From: Actinomycetales bacterium
GTDB taxonomy: Bacteria > Actinomycetota > Actinomycetes > Actinomycetales > Dermatophilaceae
Direction of reading: 5' to 3'
Length of the DNA: 43,085 nucleotides
Assembly: GCA_038224055.1 (NCBI GenBank)
Contig: JBBRGO010000001.1
Location: forward strand, 1 to 43,085
Of the stretch, positions 8,225 through 18,170 are shown piece by piece. The stretch's first letter is position 1; each line of letters opens with the position of its first letter. A model generated the notes under the pieces. That model had not been told where the DNA came from. It saw only the letters and a list, made by a program, of their open reading frames with translations, and ran no database searches. The position numbers were made by a program, and so were the translations under genes.

Positions 8225-8442
8225 GTGAGGGTGTCCACGTCACGCTGTTCACTTGTCAACCTGCTGCCGACCTGCGGGGTTCCGGAGGATCCGGCAGAAC
8301 CCACAGTATGCCTGAGCAACACCGGTGGGGTCCACGGCATTCCCCGGGGGTGTGCCTCGGGGCCCCGCCGCTAGGCTTCCGGAGAGGTCGGCGTCGACCG
8401 CGCGAGCCCACCTCGCCCGCACGCCGCCACCCTGGAGGTCTG

Positions 8443-11400
8443 ATGTTCCGCAAGGTCCTCGTCGCCAACCGAGGTGAGATCGCCGTCCGAGCGTTCCGCG
8501 CCGCGACCGAGCTCGGCGCCCGCACCGTCGCCGTCTTCCCCCACGAGGACCGCAAGTCGGAGCACCGCCTCAAGGCCGACGAGGCCTACCAGATCGGTGA
8601 GCCCGGCCACCCGGTCCGCGCCTACCTCGACCACGAGGCGATCGTCGCCAAGGCGGTGGAGGCGGGCGCCGACGCGATCTACCCCGGTTACGGCTTCCTG
8701 TCCGAGAACCCGCTGCTCGCCGAGGCGTGCGAGCGCGAGGGGATCACGTTCATCGGTCCCCCGGCCTCCGTGCTGCACCTCACCGGCAACAAGTCGCGGG
8801 CGATCACGGCCGCCCGGGAGGCCGGGCTGCCGACGCTGCACGGCTCCGCCGCCGGGACCGACCTCGAGGTGCTCACCGGGGCGGCCGAGGAGATCGGCTT
8901 CCCCCTCTTCGTCAAGGCCGTCTCCGGGGGCGGCGGCCGCGGGATGCGCCGGGTCGAGAACCGCTCGGAGCTGCGCGACGCCCTCGAGGCCGCCCAGCGG
9001 GAGGCCGAGTCGGCCTTCGGCGACCCGACCCTCTACCTCGAGGAGGCCGTGGTCAACCCGCGACACATCGAGGTCCAGGTGCTCGCCGACGGCCGGGGCG
9101 AGGTCGTCCACCTCTTCGAGCGCGACTGCTCCCTCCAGCGACGGCACCAGAAGGTCGTCGAGATCGCCCCCGCCCCCAACCTCGACGCCGACACGCGGTC
9201 GAGCATGTGCGCGGACGCCGTCGCCTTCTCCCGGTCGATCGGCTACGTCAACGCGGGAACCGTCGAGTTCCTCCTCGGCGAGGACGGTCGCTACGTCTTC
9301 ATCGAGATGAACCCGCGCATCCAGGTCGAGCACACGGTCACCGAGGAGGTCACCGACATCGACCTCGTCGTCATGCAGATGCAGATCGCGTCCGGTGACA
9401 CGTTCGCCGACATGGGGCTGCGGCAGGAGGACATCCACACCAAGGGGTTCGCCCTCCAGTGCCGGATCACGACCGAGGACCCGTCCAACGGCTTCCGTCC
9501 CGACGCCGGCACCATCACCGTCTACCGCTCCGCCGGGGGCAGCGGGGTCCGCCTCGACGGCGGCACCGTCTTCGTGGGCGCCGAGGTCAGCGCCCACTTC
9601 GACTCGATGCTCGTCAAGCTCACCTGCCGGGCCTCGACCTTCCCGCTCGCGGTGCGCCGGGCCCGACGGGCCCTGGCAGAGTTCCGGATCCGCGGCGTCT
9701 CGACCAACATCCCGTTCCTCGAGGCGGTCCTCGCCGACCCCGTCTTCCAGGACGGGCTGGCGACCACCTCGTTCATCGACCAGCGCCCCGGTCTGCTCTC
9801 TGCCCGCGTCCCCGCCGACCGGGCCACCAAGCTGCTCAGCTACCTCGCCGACGTCACGGTCAACCAGCCGCACGGACCGGTCCGCACGCGAGTGCGCCCG
9901 CGCCTCAAGCTCCCCCCGCTCCCGACCACCCCGGCGCCCGAGGGCGCCCGGGACCGGCTGCTCGCCCAGGGGCCCGCGGCCTTCGCCCGCGACCTGCGAC
10001 AGGCGACGGGGGTGCTCGTCACCGACACGACCTTCCGCGACGCCCACCAGTCGCTGCTCGCCACCCGGATGCGGACCCGCGACCTGCTCCACGTCGCCTC
10101 GCACGTCTCGCACCTCACCCCGCAGCTGTTGTCGATGGAGGCGTGGGGAGGTGCGACCTACGACGTCGCCCTGCGCTTCCTCGCCGAGGACCCGTGGGAG
10201 CGGCTCGCGGCGCTGCGCGAGGCGATGCCGAACATCCCCCTGCAGATGCTGCTCCGGGGACGCAACACGGTCGGCTACACCCCCTACCCGACGGCGGTGA
10301 CCGACGCCTTTGTCCAGGAGGCCGCCGCGACCGGCCTCGACATCTTCCGCATCTTCGACTCGCTCAACGACGTCTCGCAGATGCGGCCGGCCGTCGAGGC
10401 CGTCCTCGCCACCGACACGGCCGTCGCCGAGGTCGCCCTGTGCTACACGGGCAACCTGATGAGCCCGGGCGAGCGGCTCTACACCCTCGACTACTACCTG
10501 CGACTCGCCGAGCAGATCGTCGACACGGGCGCGCACGTCCTCGCCATCAAGGACATGGCCGGGCTGCTACGCGCCCCGGCGGCCGCCCGGCTCGTCCGCG
10601 CGCTGCGCGAGCGCTTCGACCTGCCGGTCCACCTCCACACTCACGACACGGCCGGCGGGCAGATCGGCACCCTGCTCGCAGCGATCGACGCGGGGGTCGA
10701 CGCGGTCGACGCCGCCACCGCGACCATGGCCGGGACGACGAGCCAGCCGTCGCTGTCGGCCCTCGTCGCCGCCACCGACGACACCGATCGCACGACCGGG
10801 CTCGACATCGCCAACGTCTTCGCCCTCGAGCCCTACTGGGAGGCGGTACGCAGCCTCTACCAGCCCTTCGAGTCCGGCCTCGACTCCCCCACCGGCCGGG
10901 TCTACGTCCACGAGATCCCCGGTGGGCAGCTGTCCAACCTGCGCCAGCAGGCGATCGCGCTCGGTCTCGGTGACCGCTTCGAGGCCATCGAGGACATGTA
11001 TGCCGCCGCCAACCGGATCCTCGGCAACATCGTGAAGGTGACCCCGAGCAGCAAGGTCGTCGGCGACCTCGCGCTGGCCCTCGTCGGCGCCGGCGCCGAC
11101 CCGGACGCCTTCGAGGACGACCCGCAGTCCTACGACATCCCCGAGTCCGTCATCGGCTTCCTCAACGGCGAGCTCGGGGACCCGCCCGGCGGGTGGCCCG
11201 AGCCGTTCCGGACGAAGGCGCTGGCCGGCCGGCAGGCCCGACCCCGGCTCACGACGCTGACCGCCGAGCAGGAGACGGCCCTCACCGAGCACCCGCGCCG
11301 GACCCTCAACGAGCTGCTCTTCCCCGGGCCCACGAAGGACTTCGACGCCTCCAGGGACTTCTACGGCGACCTCTCCGCACTCGGCACGGTCGAGTTCCTC

Positions 11401-11817
11401 CACGGCCTCGAGCAGGGCGAGGAGTACGAGGTCGAGATCGAGCCGGGCAAGCGGCTGCTCCTCGGCGTGGCCTCGATCGGCGACGTCGACCCCAAGGGCA
11501 TGCGGACCGTGATGTGCACGCTCAACGGCCAGTTCCGTCCGATCCAGGTGCGCGACCGCAACGTCCGGGCGGACGTGCTGTCCGCCGAGAAGGCCGAGGC
11601 CGGCGCCCCCGGTCAGGTCGCGGCCCCCTTCGCCGGCGTGGTGACGCTCGCCGTCGCCGAGTGCGACGAGGTGCAACCCGGCGCGGTCGTCGCCACCATC
11701 GAGGCGATGAAGATGGAGGCCAACATCACCTGTGCGGTCGGCGGCACCGTGTCCCGGGTCGCGATCGGGGCGCACCAGCAGGTCGAGGGCGGGGACCTGC
11801 TCGTCGTCGTCGCCTGA
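8443..11817 (+). CDS. pyc: Pyruvate carboxylase
   Basis: 1124 aa from the ATG at 8443 (GGAGG Shine-Dalgarno). Biotin carboxylase N-terminus MFRKVLVANRGEIAVRAFRA, carboxyltransferase HLHTHDTAGG, C-terminal biotinyl site EAMKME. The ORF part at 8308-8442 is probably not translated. Confidence 0.95.
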   Translation: MFRKVLVANRGEIAVRAFRAATELGARTVAVFPHEDRKSEHRLKADEAYQIGEPGHPVRAYLDHEAIVAKAVEAGADAIYPGYGFLSENPLLAEACEREGITFIGPPASVLHLTGNKSRAITAAREAGLPTLHGSAAGTDLEVLTGAAEEIGFPLFVKAVSGGGGRGMRRVENRSELRDALEAAQREAESAFGDPTLYLEEAVVNPRHIEVQVLADGRGEVVHLFERDCSLQRRHQKVVEIAPAPNLDADTRSSMCADAVAFSRSIGYVNAGTVEFLLGEDGRYVFIEMNPRIQVEHTVTEEVTDIDLVVMQMQIASGDTFADMGLRQEDIHTKGFALQCRITTEDPSNGFRPDAGTITVYRSAGGSGVRLDGGTVFVGAEVSAHFDSMLVKLTCRASTFPLAVRRARRALAEFRIRGVSTNIPFLEAVLADPVFQDGLATTSFIDQRPGLLSARVPADRATKLLSYLADVTVNQPHGPVRTRVRPRLKLPPLPTTPAPEGARDRLLAQGPAAFARDLRQATGVLVTDTTFRDAHQSLLATRMRTRDLLHVASHVSHLTPQLLSMEAWGGATYDVALRFLAEDPWERLAALREAMPNIPLQMLLRGRNTVGYTPYPTAVTDAFVQEAAATGLDIFRIFDSLNDVSQMRPAVEAVLATDTAVAEVALCYTGNLMSPGERLYTLDYYLRLAEQIVDTGAHVLAIKDMAGLLRAPAAARLVRALRERFDLPVHLHTHDTAGGQIGTLLAAIDAGVDAVDAATATMAGTTSQPSLSALVAATDDTDRTTGLDIANVFALEPYWEAVRSLYQPFESGLDSPTGRVYVHEIPGGQLSNLRQQAIALGLGDRFEAIEDMYAAANRILGNIVKVTPSSKVVGDLALALVGAGADPDAFEDDPQSYDIPESVIGFLNGELGDPPGGWPEPFRTKALAGRQARPRLTTLTAEQETALTEHPRRTLNELLFPGPTKDFDASRDFYGDLSALGTVEFLHGLEQGEEYEVEIEPGKRLLLGVASIGDVDPKGMRTVMCTLNGQFRPIQVRDRNVRADVLSAEKAEAGAPGQVAAPFAGVVTLAVAECDEVQPGAVVATIEAMKMEANITCAVGGTVSRVAIGAHQQVEGGDLLVVVA

Positions 11818-11861
11818 CCAAGCGCCGCCCGCGGAGCGCCCCCGTCGCGACCCGACTGCGG

Positions 11862-13772
11862 CTACCAGGAGCCGGAGGAGGAGCCGCCTCCGCCGCCGCC
11901 CGAGAAGCCGCCCCCGCCCGAGAACCCCGACGAGCCGGAGGATCCCGGAGTCGAGGTGAACGTCCCGGTCGAGGTCGTCGAGAAGCTGTCGACGCCGTTC
12001 GCGATGCTCGTGAAGTCGGGGAAGGCGGCGCCGCTCCAGATGTACCACGTCGGCATGAGGAGAGGCTGGTTCGCCGCCTCGGCCGCCCTGGCGACGTCGG
12101 CGAAGGTCTTCGCCCACCGGTCCGCGACACCGAAGACGACGGCATACGGCAGGTAGCGGCTGAAGATGTTGCTCGCCTCCTCGAAGGCGATCTGGCCGGC
12201 CTCGGCGGTCGTCAGGTACTCCTTGAAGCCGAGCGACTGGTCCAGGACTGCCGAACCCGCGGCCGTCTTGGCCGCCATCCGGGCGCCGAGCAGCCAGGTG
12301 ATGCCGCCGGCGAGCACGAGACCCACCCCGAGCGCGATCCCCCCGGAGAAGGACCCCCCGATGAGGGCGGCGATCGCACCGTGGCCGAAGAAGAGGAGCA
12401 CGCCACCGGCGACGGCGAGGAAGATCCCCAGGCCCTGCCACATCGCGCGCTGGGACTGCGGGGAGGACCGGAACCAGTGGCGGGTCACGACCTCCTCGTA
12501 CATCTGCGACTGGACGGACTTGAGAGTCGTGGCGAACTGGTTCTTCAGGCCCGACAGCGTCACGACCGTCTGGCCGCTGCTGAAGACGCCCTCGAGGAGG
12601 GACCGCTCGTAGGGCAGCAGCTGCTCCCCTGCGGGCTCGGCGAGCCGGGTCAGCGTCCAGTCGGTCCGGCTGAAGGCGCCGGCCGGGTCGGTCTCCTCGA
12701 TCTGGAGGAAGCCGCGGACCGCAAGGTCGATGACGGTCGCGGACACGTCGATCGGGTTGGCCGTCTCGTCGATGATGACCCCGACCATGCCGGGCTGGAC
12801 GCCCTTCGGCGGGTGGAACTGGACGGCGATGACCTGCTTGCCGCCCCGGACGGTCGCCTGGCCCTCCGCCGCCCCCGTCGCCGGGGTGAGCCCGGGCGTG
12901 AGGCCGGCGTAGCGCTCGTCGCGGCCCCGGGTCCAGACGAGGGCGCCCATGACGGCGATCGCGAGCACCGGTGCGCCGACGCCACCCACCCAGGCCGCGG
13001 CGTTGACCGCGGGCTCGACGGACGCCCCGAGCGACGAGACCCCGTCACTGCCGCGGACGTCCGGGGCGAGGTCCGGGTTGAACGCGGCTGCGGGGTAGGA
13101 GGCGATGATCGTCATCGCGTCACCCGACGCGAGCGAGGTCGCCGAGAAGGTGGCCGGGTCGCCGGCGGCGCCCTGACATGCGGTGTCCGAGCGGGTGACG
13201 CCCTTGAAGCAGAGCACCTTCGTCGCCGCGGCAGGCGCCTTGACGGTGACCGACACCTTGTCCCGCACGGTGGTCTCGTTGGCGCCGAAGACGTTGTAGT
13301 TGAGCTCGACCGTCTGGTCGGCACTGATCGGGTTGGCGACGTTGCGCAGGGTGTAGCGGATCTCGTAGACCTGCGTGCCGCTCGTGTAGTCGCTCTCGCT
13401 GCCGATCCTGATCTCATCGGAGGCGCCGTTGTCGCTCACCTTGAACGCGTCGGGGGCCCCGCTCGGGCTCGTCACCGCCACGTCGGTGAGGTCGTAGTAG
13501 CGGTAGCGGTCCTCCTGGTCCTGGTAGCCCATCCGCACGACGACGTTCCGGAAGATCCCGTGCCGCTCCACGCCACTCGGGAAGGTCCACGTGATCCGCT
13601 CGCTGACGTCCATGCTGCCGTCGGCCTGGACGTCGTAGACGGCCGTGAAGTCGTCCATCTTCTCCCCGCCCGCCGCGTTCGACGTGGTCGCCGGGAGCAG
13701 CACGAGGAGCGCGCTGACGAGCAGCACCCCCAGGGCGGCGAGCGTGTTCCGGATGCGGGACTTCGTTGACAT
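11862..13772 (-). CDS. DUF2207 domain-containing membrane protein
   Basis: 636 aa. Signal/anchor sequence, then DFTAVYDVQADGSMDVSERITWTFPSGVERHGIFR, typical of DUF2207. Several TM segments and a Gly/Ser-rich tail GSSGSSGFSGGGGFSGGGGGGSSSGSW. Confidence 0.8.
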   Translation of the reverse strand: MSTKSRIRNTLAALGVLLVSALLVLLPATTSNAAGGEKMDDFTAVYDVQADGSMDVSERITWTFPSGVERHGIFRNVVVRMGYQDQEDRYRYYDLTDVAVTSPSGAPDAFKVSDNGASDEIRIGSESDYTSGTQVYEIRYTLRNVANPISADQTVELNYNVFGANETTVRDKVSVTVKAPAAATKVLCFKGVTRSDTACQGAAGDPATFSATSLASGDAMTIIASYPAAAFNPDLAPDVRGSDGVSSLGASVEPAVNAAAWVGGVGAPVLAIAVMGALVWTRGRDERYAGLTPGLTPATGAAEGQATVRGGKQVIAVQFHPPKGVQPGMVGVIIDETANPIDVSATVIDLAVRGFLQIEETDPAGAFSRTDWTLTRLAEPAGEQLLPYERSLLEGVFSSGQTVVTLSGLKNQFATTLKSVQSQMYEEVVTRHWFRSSPQSQRAMWQGLGIFLAVAGGVLLFFGHGAIAALIGGSFSGGIALGVGLVLAGGITWLLGARMAAKTAAGSAVLDQSLGFKEYLTTAEAGQIAFEEASNIFSRYLPYAVVFGVADRWAKTFADVARAAEAANQPLLMPTWYIWSGAAFPDFTSIANGVDSFSTTSTGTFTSTPGSSGSSGFSGGGGFSGGGGGGSSSGSW

Positions 13773-13830
13773 GCGGGCCCTGTTCCTGACGGTGTGGTGG
13801 AGGTCGAGACCGCATGCTGCGCTGCGGCCC

Positions 13831-14304
13831 TCAGCGGTTTCGATGCGCCTTGCTCATCGCGCGTTCCGCTTCGCGACGATCTTGTTGCTCGCGCAGCGCG
13901 TGCCGCTTGTCGTAGGACTTCTTGCCGGTCGCCAGGGCGATCTCGACCTTGGCGTGGCCGTCCTTGAAGTAGAGGGCCAGCGGCACGATGGTGCGGCCGC
14001 TCTCGCGGGTCTTGTGAGCGATCTTGGTCAGCTCGGCGCGGTGGAGCAGCAGCTTGCGGCGTCGCCGCGGGGCGTGGTTGTTCCAGGTGCCGTTGAGGTA
14101 CTCGGGGATGTGGACGTTCTCGAGGAAGAGCTCGTCACCGGTGAACATCGCGAAGCCGTCGACGAGGGAGCACCGTCCCATCCGCAGGGCCTTGACCTCG
14201 GTGCCCCGCAGCACGAGGCCCGCCTCGAAGGTGTCCTCGATGAGGTAGTCGTGTCGGGCCTTGCGATTGCTCGCGACGAGCGATCGCCCCTTCTCCTTGG
14301 GCAC
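13831..14304 (-). CDS. smpB: SsrA-binding protein SmpB
   Basis: 157 aa. [29 protein letters not shown] ... [12 protein letters not shown] ... [14 protein letters not shown]. Confidence 0.95.
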   Translation of the reverse strand: MPKEKGRSLVASNRKARHDYLIEDTFEAGLVLRGTEVKALRMGRCSLVDGFAMFTGDELFLENVHIPEYLNGTWNNHAPRRRRKLLLHRAELTKIAHKTRESGRTIVPLALYFKDGHAKVEIALATGKKSYDKRHALREQQDRREAERAMSKAHRNR

Positions 14305-14387
14305 CGGTCCATCCCTTCCCTCGTGTCACCGCACCGCGCGAGCAGCGCGGCAGCGTGCCAACGCTACCCCGAACCCGAGACCCGTCC

Positions 14388-14403
14388 GAGCCGGTTTCGG
14401 CTC
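14388..14403 (-). terminator. Short hairpin overlapping the M23 peptidase stop codon
   Basis: GAGCCG-GTTT-CGGCTC. A second hairpin CCGCGC-GAGCA-GCGCGG lies about 40 nt further downstream. Confidence 0.3.
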
Positions 14404-16042
14404 AGAGCCAGCCGCGCGGGTTGACCGGGGTGCCGTCCTCGTAGGTGCCGAAGTGCAGGTGGCAGCCCGTGGAGTAGCCCGTCGTCCCGGAGTAGCCGAT
14501 GAGCTGGCCCCGGTTCACCGAGCCGCTGAACTTCACGATGCTCGTGAGGTGGTTGTAGCTCGTCACGAGGTCGACACCCCGGTGGATGCCGTGGTCGATG
14601 AGGACCTGGTTGCCCCACCCGCTCGGGCGCCAGCCGGCACTGATGACGGTCCCGGGGGCAGCGGCATACACCGGGGTCCCGCAGGCGATCCCCCAGTCGA
14701 GCCCGTCGTGGAGCATCCACTTCTGGAGCACCGGGTGCCAGCGCATCCCGAAGCCGGACGTCGTGGGGCCGTTGGCGGGATAGCTGAGGTAGTTCGACGG
14801 CGTGGAGTCGACCGGGGTCGCGGGGACCTGCGGGATCTGCACCGGCGCGGGGACCTGCGGCACGGGCTTGGGCGTGTACTTCTTCCCGGCCCGGGCAGCC
14901 TTGGCGGCCTTGGCCTTCTCGGCCTTGAGCTGCGCGGCACGCTCGGAGCGGAGCCGAGCCTGGCGGGCCGCCTCGGCGCGGACCTTGGCCTGCCGCACGG
15001 CCTCGGCCTTGGCCCGGGCGGCCCTGATCGCGGCCTGCCGCTTCGCCTCGGCGTTGCGGGCCTGCCGGGCTCGTTCGACGAGGATGCCCTTGAGCCGCGC
15101 GGACTCGGCCGAGGCCGCCGCCAGCTCGGACTGCTCGTTGGCCTTCTGGGACTGGAGGTCGGACGCGTAGGACTTCTGTTGCGACTGGAGTCCGGCGAGG
15201 CTCGCCTGGGCGGCTGCGGCGTTGCCGGCGGCGGTCACGGCGTTGTTCTTGGCGACGACGGCCTGGGCGGTCGCCTGCGCCGCGGCCGCGCGCGCCGCCT
15301 CGGCACCCCTCAGCGCCTCCTCGGACTGGCGCTTGAGGTCGTCGATCTCCCTGCGGACCGAGGTGAGGTAGGCCCGGGTGGAGGTGTCGTCGGCCTTCAT
15401 CGCGGCGAGCTTGTCGATCGTGTCGCTGGCGACCTCGCTCGCCGTGTCGGCCATGACCATCCGGTCGGCGAAGTCCTGCGGGGAGGTCGCCCCGAAGACG
15501 AGCCCGAGCTGGGACTCGGTGCCGGCCCCCTGGAAGACCTCCGCGGCATACGCGTCGAGGGCATCCTGGGAGGTGACGAGGCCCGAACCGCTCCGGTCCA
15601 GCTTCTCCTTCGCGCTCTGCTCGTTGGCCTGCGCGACGGCGAGCTTCTGCGCGACCGCCTCGTTGTGGGCGCGTGCCTTCGCCTCCGCACCGATCGCGCG
15701 GGACTCGGTCGACTGGGCCTGCGCCTGCGCGGCCTGGGCCTGCGCCTGGGCGGTCTGCGCCGAGGCGAGCCGCTGCTGGGCGACCGGCAGCGCAGCATTC
15801 GTCTTCTCGAGGTTGACGTAGGCCTTGGCGAGCGACGCGCTCGTCCCCTCGAGCTGCTGACCGAGCGCGGCGATCTTCTGGTCGGTCTTCTTCTTCTGGT
15901 CGGCCACGTCGTCGGCGCGGGCGAGCAGGGGGGTCGAGAAGGTCCCGAGGCACGCCAGAGCGACCCCCGCGGCCAGCATCTTGGCAGCGGGAGTCGTCGA
16001 TTCAGAACGCCTCATGAGCCACATAGGCTCCATTGGTACCAC
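14402..16042 (-). CDS. Secreted coiled-coil M23 family (LytM-type) peptidoglycan metalloendopeptidase
   Basis: A long Ala/Gln/Lys-rich predicted coiled coil is followed by an M23 domain with intact metal ligands HDGLDW (HxxxD) and GCHLHF (HxH). Signal peptide MRRSESTTPAAKMLAAGVALACLGTFSTPLLARA. Start is uncertain (16042, 16033 or 16015). Confidence 0.85.
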   Translation of the reverse strand: MVPMEPMWLMRRSESTTPAAKMLAAGVALACLGTFSTPLLARADDVADQKKKTDQKIAALGQQLEGTSASLAKAYVNLEKTNAALPVAQQRLASAQTAQAQAQAAQAQAQSTESRAIGAEAKARAHNEAVAQKLAVAQANEQSAKEKLDRSGSGLVTSQDALDAYAAEVFQGAGTESQLGLVFGATSPQDFADRMVMADTASEVASDTIDKLAAMKADDTSTRAYLTSVRREIDDLKRQSEEALRGAEAARAAAAQATAQAVVAKNNAVTAAGNAAAAQASLAGLQSQQKSYASDLQSQKANEQSELAAASAESARLKGILVERARQARNAEAKRQAAIRAARAKAEAVRQAKVRAEAARQARLRSERAAQLKAEKAKAAKAARAGKKYTPKPVPQVPAPVQIPQVPATPVDSTPSNYLSYPANGPTTSGFGMRWHPVLQKWMLHDGLDWGIACGTPVYAAAPGTVISAGWRPSGWGNQVLIDHGIHRGVDLVTSYNHLTSIVKFSGSVNRGQLIGYSGTTGYSTGCHLHFGTYEDGTPVNPRGWL

Positions 16043-16080
16043 AGGCCTCCGGGAAGTGGACAGTCGAAACGCACCTCGCG

Positions 16081-16146
16081 CCGAACCCCCAGACGCCGAA
16101 CCCCCAGACGCGGAGCCCTCAGACGCCGAGCCCTCAGACGCGGAGG
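16081..16146. repeat. 15-bp tandem repeat (4 units plus a partial one) spanning the ftsX stop codon
   Basis: CCGAACCCCCAGACG at 16081-16095 and 16096-16110, CGGAGCCCTCAGACG at 16111-16125, CCGAGCCCTCAGACG at 16126-16140, then CGGAGG. Confidence 0.85.
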
Positions 16147-17039
16147 TAGCGGCGCAGCGTCACCCACGAGGTGAGCGTCGACAGGCCGATGACCCCGACG
16201 ATGACGAACGGCGCGACGTAGAAGACGTCGGTGACCCCGATGAAGGCCGTGTCGGTGAGGGTCTCACTGAGGAAACCGACCACGCCGTAACGGACCGTCG
16301 CCCAGAGCATCACCATCGCCATCGTCGCCCCGAAGACGCTCGCGATGACCGTCTCCATGACGAACGGGAAGCGGATCGTGAAGTTCGACGCCCCGACGAG
16401 CCGCATGATGCCGGTCTCGCGCCGCCTGCTGAACGCCGTCTGCCGGATCGTCGTCGAGATGAGCATCACGGCGGCGAGCACCATGAGCGAGCTGAGCGCG
16501 ATCGCCGCCCACGAGACGGTGTTCATGAACGCGAAGAACTTCTCCAGCAGCTTCTTCTGGTCCTGGACGTCCGCCACGCCTGGCATCCCCTTGATCGAGG
16601 AAGCGACGACGTCGAACTTGCCGGGGTCGCCGAGGTTCACCCGGTAGGAGTCGGCGAAGTAGGACTCGCCGGCCCGGGCGAGCGGGCTGTTCTGGTACGT
16701 CTCCTTGAAGCGGTCGAAGGCCTCGTCGCGCGACTCGTAGAACACCTCCTTGACCGTCGGCTTGAGCGACTCGAGCTCGGACTTGATCGCCGTGCGCTGG
16801 GCGTCGGTCGTCGCCTCCCCCGCGCAGTTGGCGTACCGGGTCTTCTCGGCGCAGAGCAGGACGGTGACCTGGACGCGGTCGTACCAGTAGTCCTTCATCG
16901 TGTCGACCTGCCGCTGACCCATCAGGCCGAGGCCGAGCAGGTACATCGAGATCATCGTGACGATGACGACGGAGAGCGCCATCGAGAGGTTGCGCCGCAG
17001 ACCGTTGCCGATCTCGGCGAGGAGGAACTGAGGTTTCAT
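16134..17039 (-). CDS. ftsX: Cell division ABC transporter permease FtsX
   Basis: 301 aa. MKPQFLLAEIGNGLRRNLSMALSVVIVTMISMYLLG, an extracellular loop domain and three C-terminal TM segments. Lies directly downstream of ftsE. Confidence 0.9.
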   Translation of the reverse strand: MKPQFLLAEIGNGLRRNLSMALSVVIVTMISMYLLGLGLMGQRQVDTMKDYWYDRVQVTVLLCAEKTRYANCAGEATTDAQRTAIKSELESLKPTVKEVFYESRDEAFDRFKETYQNSPLARAGESYFADSYRVNLGDPGKFDVVASSIKGMPGVADVQDQKKLLEKFFAFMNTVSWAAIALSSLMVLAAVMLISTTIRQTAFSRRRETGIMRLVGASNFTIRFPFVMETVIASVFGATMAMVMLWATVRYGVVGFLSETLTDTAFIGVTDVFYVAPFVIVGVIGLSTLTSWVTLRRYLRV

Positions 17040-17051
17040 GCCTGCTCCCGC

Positions 17052-17978
<927 letters not shown>

Positions 17979-18029
17979 GGGGCGTGGCCTCGGCTTCTGC
18001 GGTCGGCGGCTGGGCTGTGGAGGGTCAGG

Positions 18030-18077
18030 CAGCGGCATACGGTCTGGGGCTGGCGCGAGCGCGCCGGTATGCCGCTG
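18030..18077. promoter_or_regulatory. 11-bp perfect inverted repeat between prfB and ftsE
   Basis: CAGCGGCATAC (18030-18040) and GTATGCCGCTG (18067-18077) are separated by 26 nt that contain GGCGCG-AG-CGCGCC. Function unknown: operator, or an RNA stem in a prfB-ftsE transcript. Confidence 0.4.
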
Positions 18078-18138
18078 GGCCGCCTACGAGGCTACGTGCC
18101 GCACCCGTGAAAGAGGTGTTACCAGCGCGTCGGGCGTG

Positions 18139-18155
18139 GCGCGAGTGGCTCGCGC
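18139..18155 (-). terminator. Hairpin downstream of prfB
   Basis: GCGCGAG-TGG-CTCGCGC (7-bp stem), 16 nt after the prfB stop. Confidence 0.35.
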
Positions 18156-18170
18156 ACCCCGACCCGCGGG

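Noticed and set aside
8225-8302. An ssrA promoter (TTGACA on the minus strand at 8259-8254) and a bulged 10-bp hairpin at 8277-8302.
   Set aside because: There is no acceptable -10 hexamer at the right spacing. The hairpin lies between divergent genes, so it is not a terminator. The evidence is too weak to annotate.
7760-8442. A possible genomic island or prophage integrated at the 3' end of ssrA.
   Set aside because: No integrase, no duplicated copy of the tmRNA 3' end and no compositional shift are visible next to ssrA. The flanking genes (yccF, thioredoxin, pyc) look like core genes.
8308-8442. N-terminal extensions suggested by the ORF track for pyc (8308), ftsE (18038), LCP (29049), tagG (42994), tagH (42090), the thioesterase (20763), SIMPL (5607), tagD (37876), the M15/PG-binding gene (33111) and the AlkA-like gene (23717).
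   Set aside because: In each case a downstream start gives the canonical family N-terminus, usually with a Shine-Dalgarno sequence or stop/start coupling. The upstream part is low-complexity or overlaps a neighbouring gene.
16081-16146. The short tandem repeats here and at 19755-19778 and 5029-5250 as possible CRISPR arrays.
   Set aside because: The units are 12 to 42 bp and directly adjacent with no unique spacers. Two arrays lie inside or at the ends of genes, and no cas genes are present.
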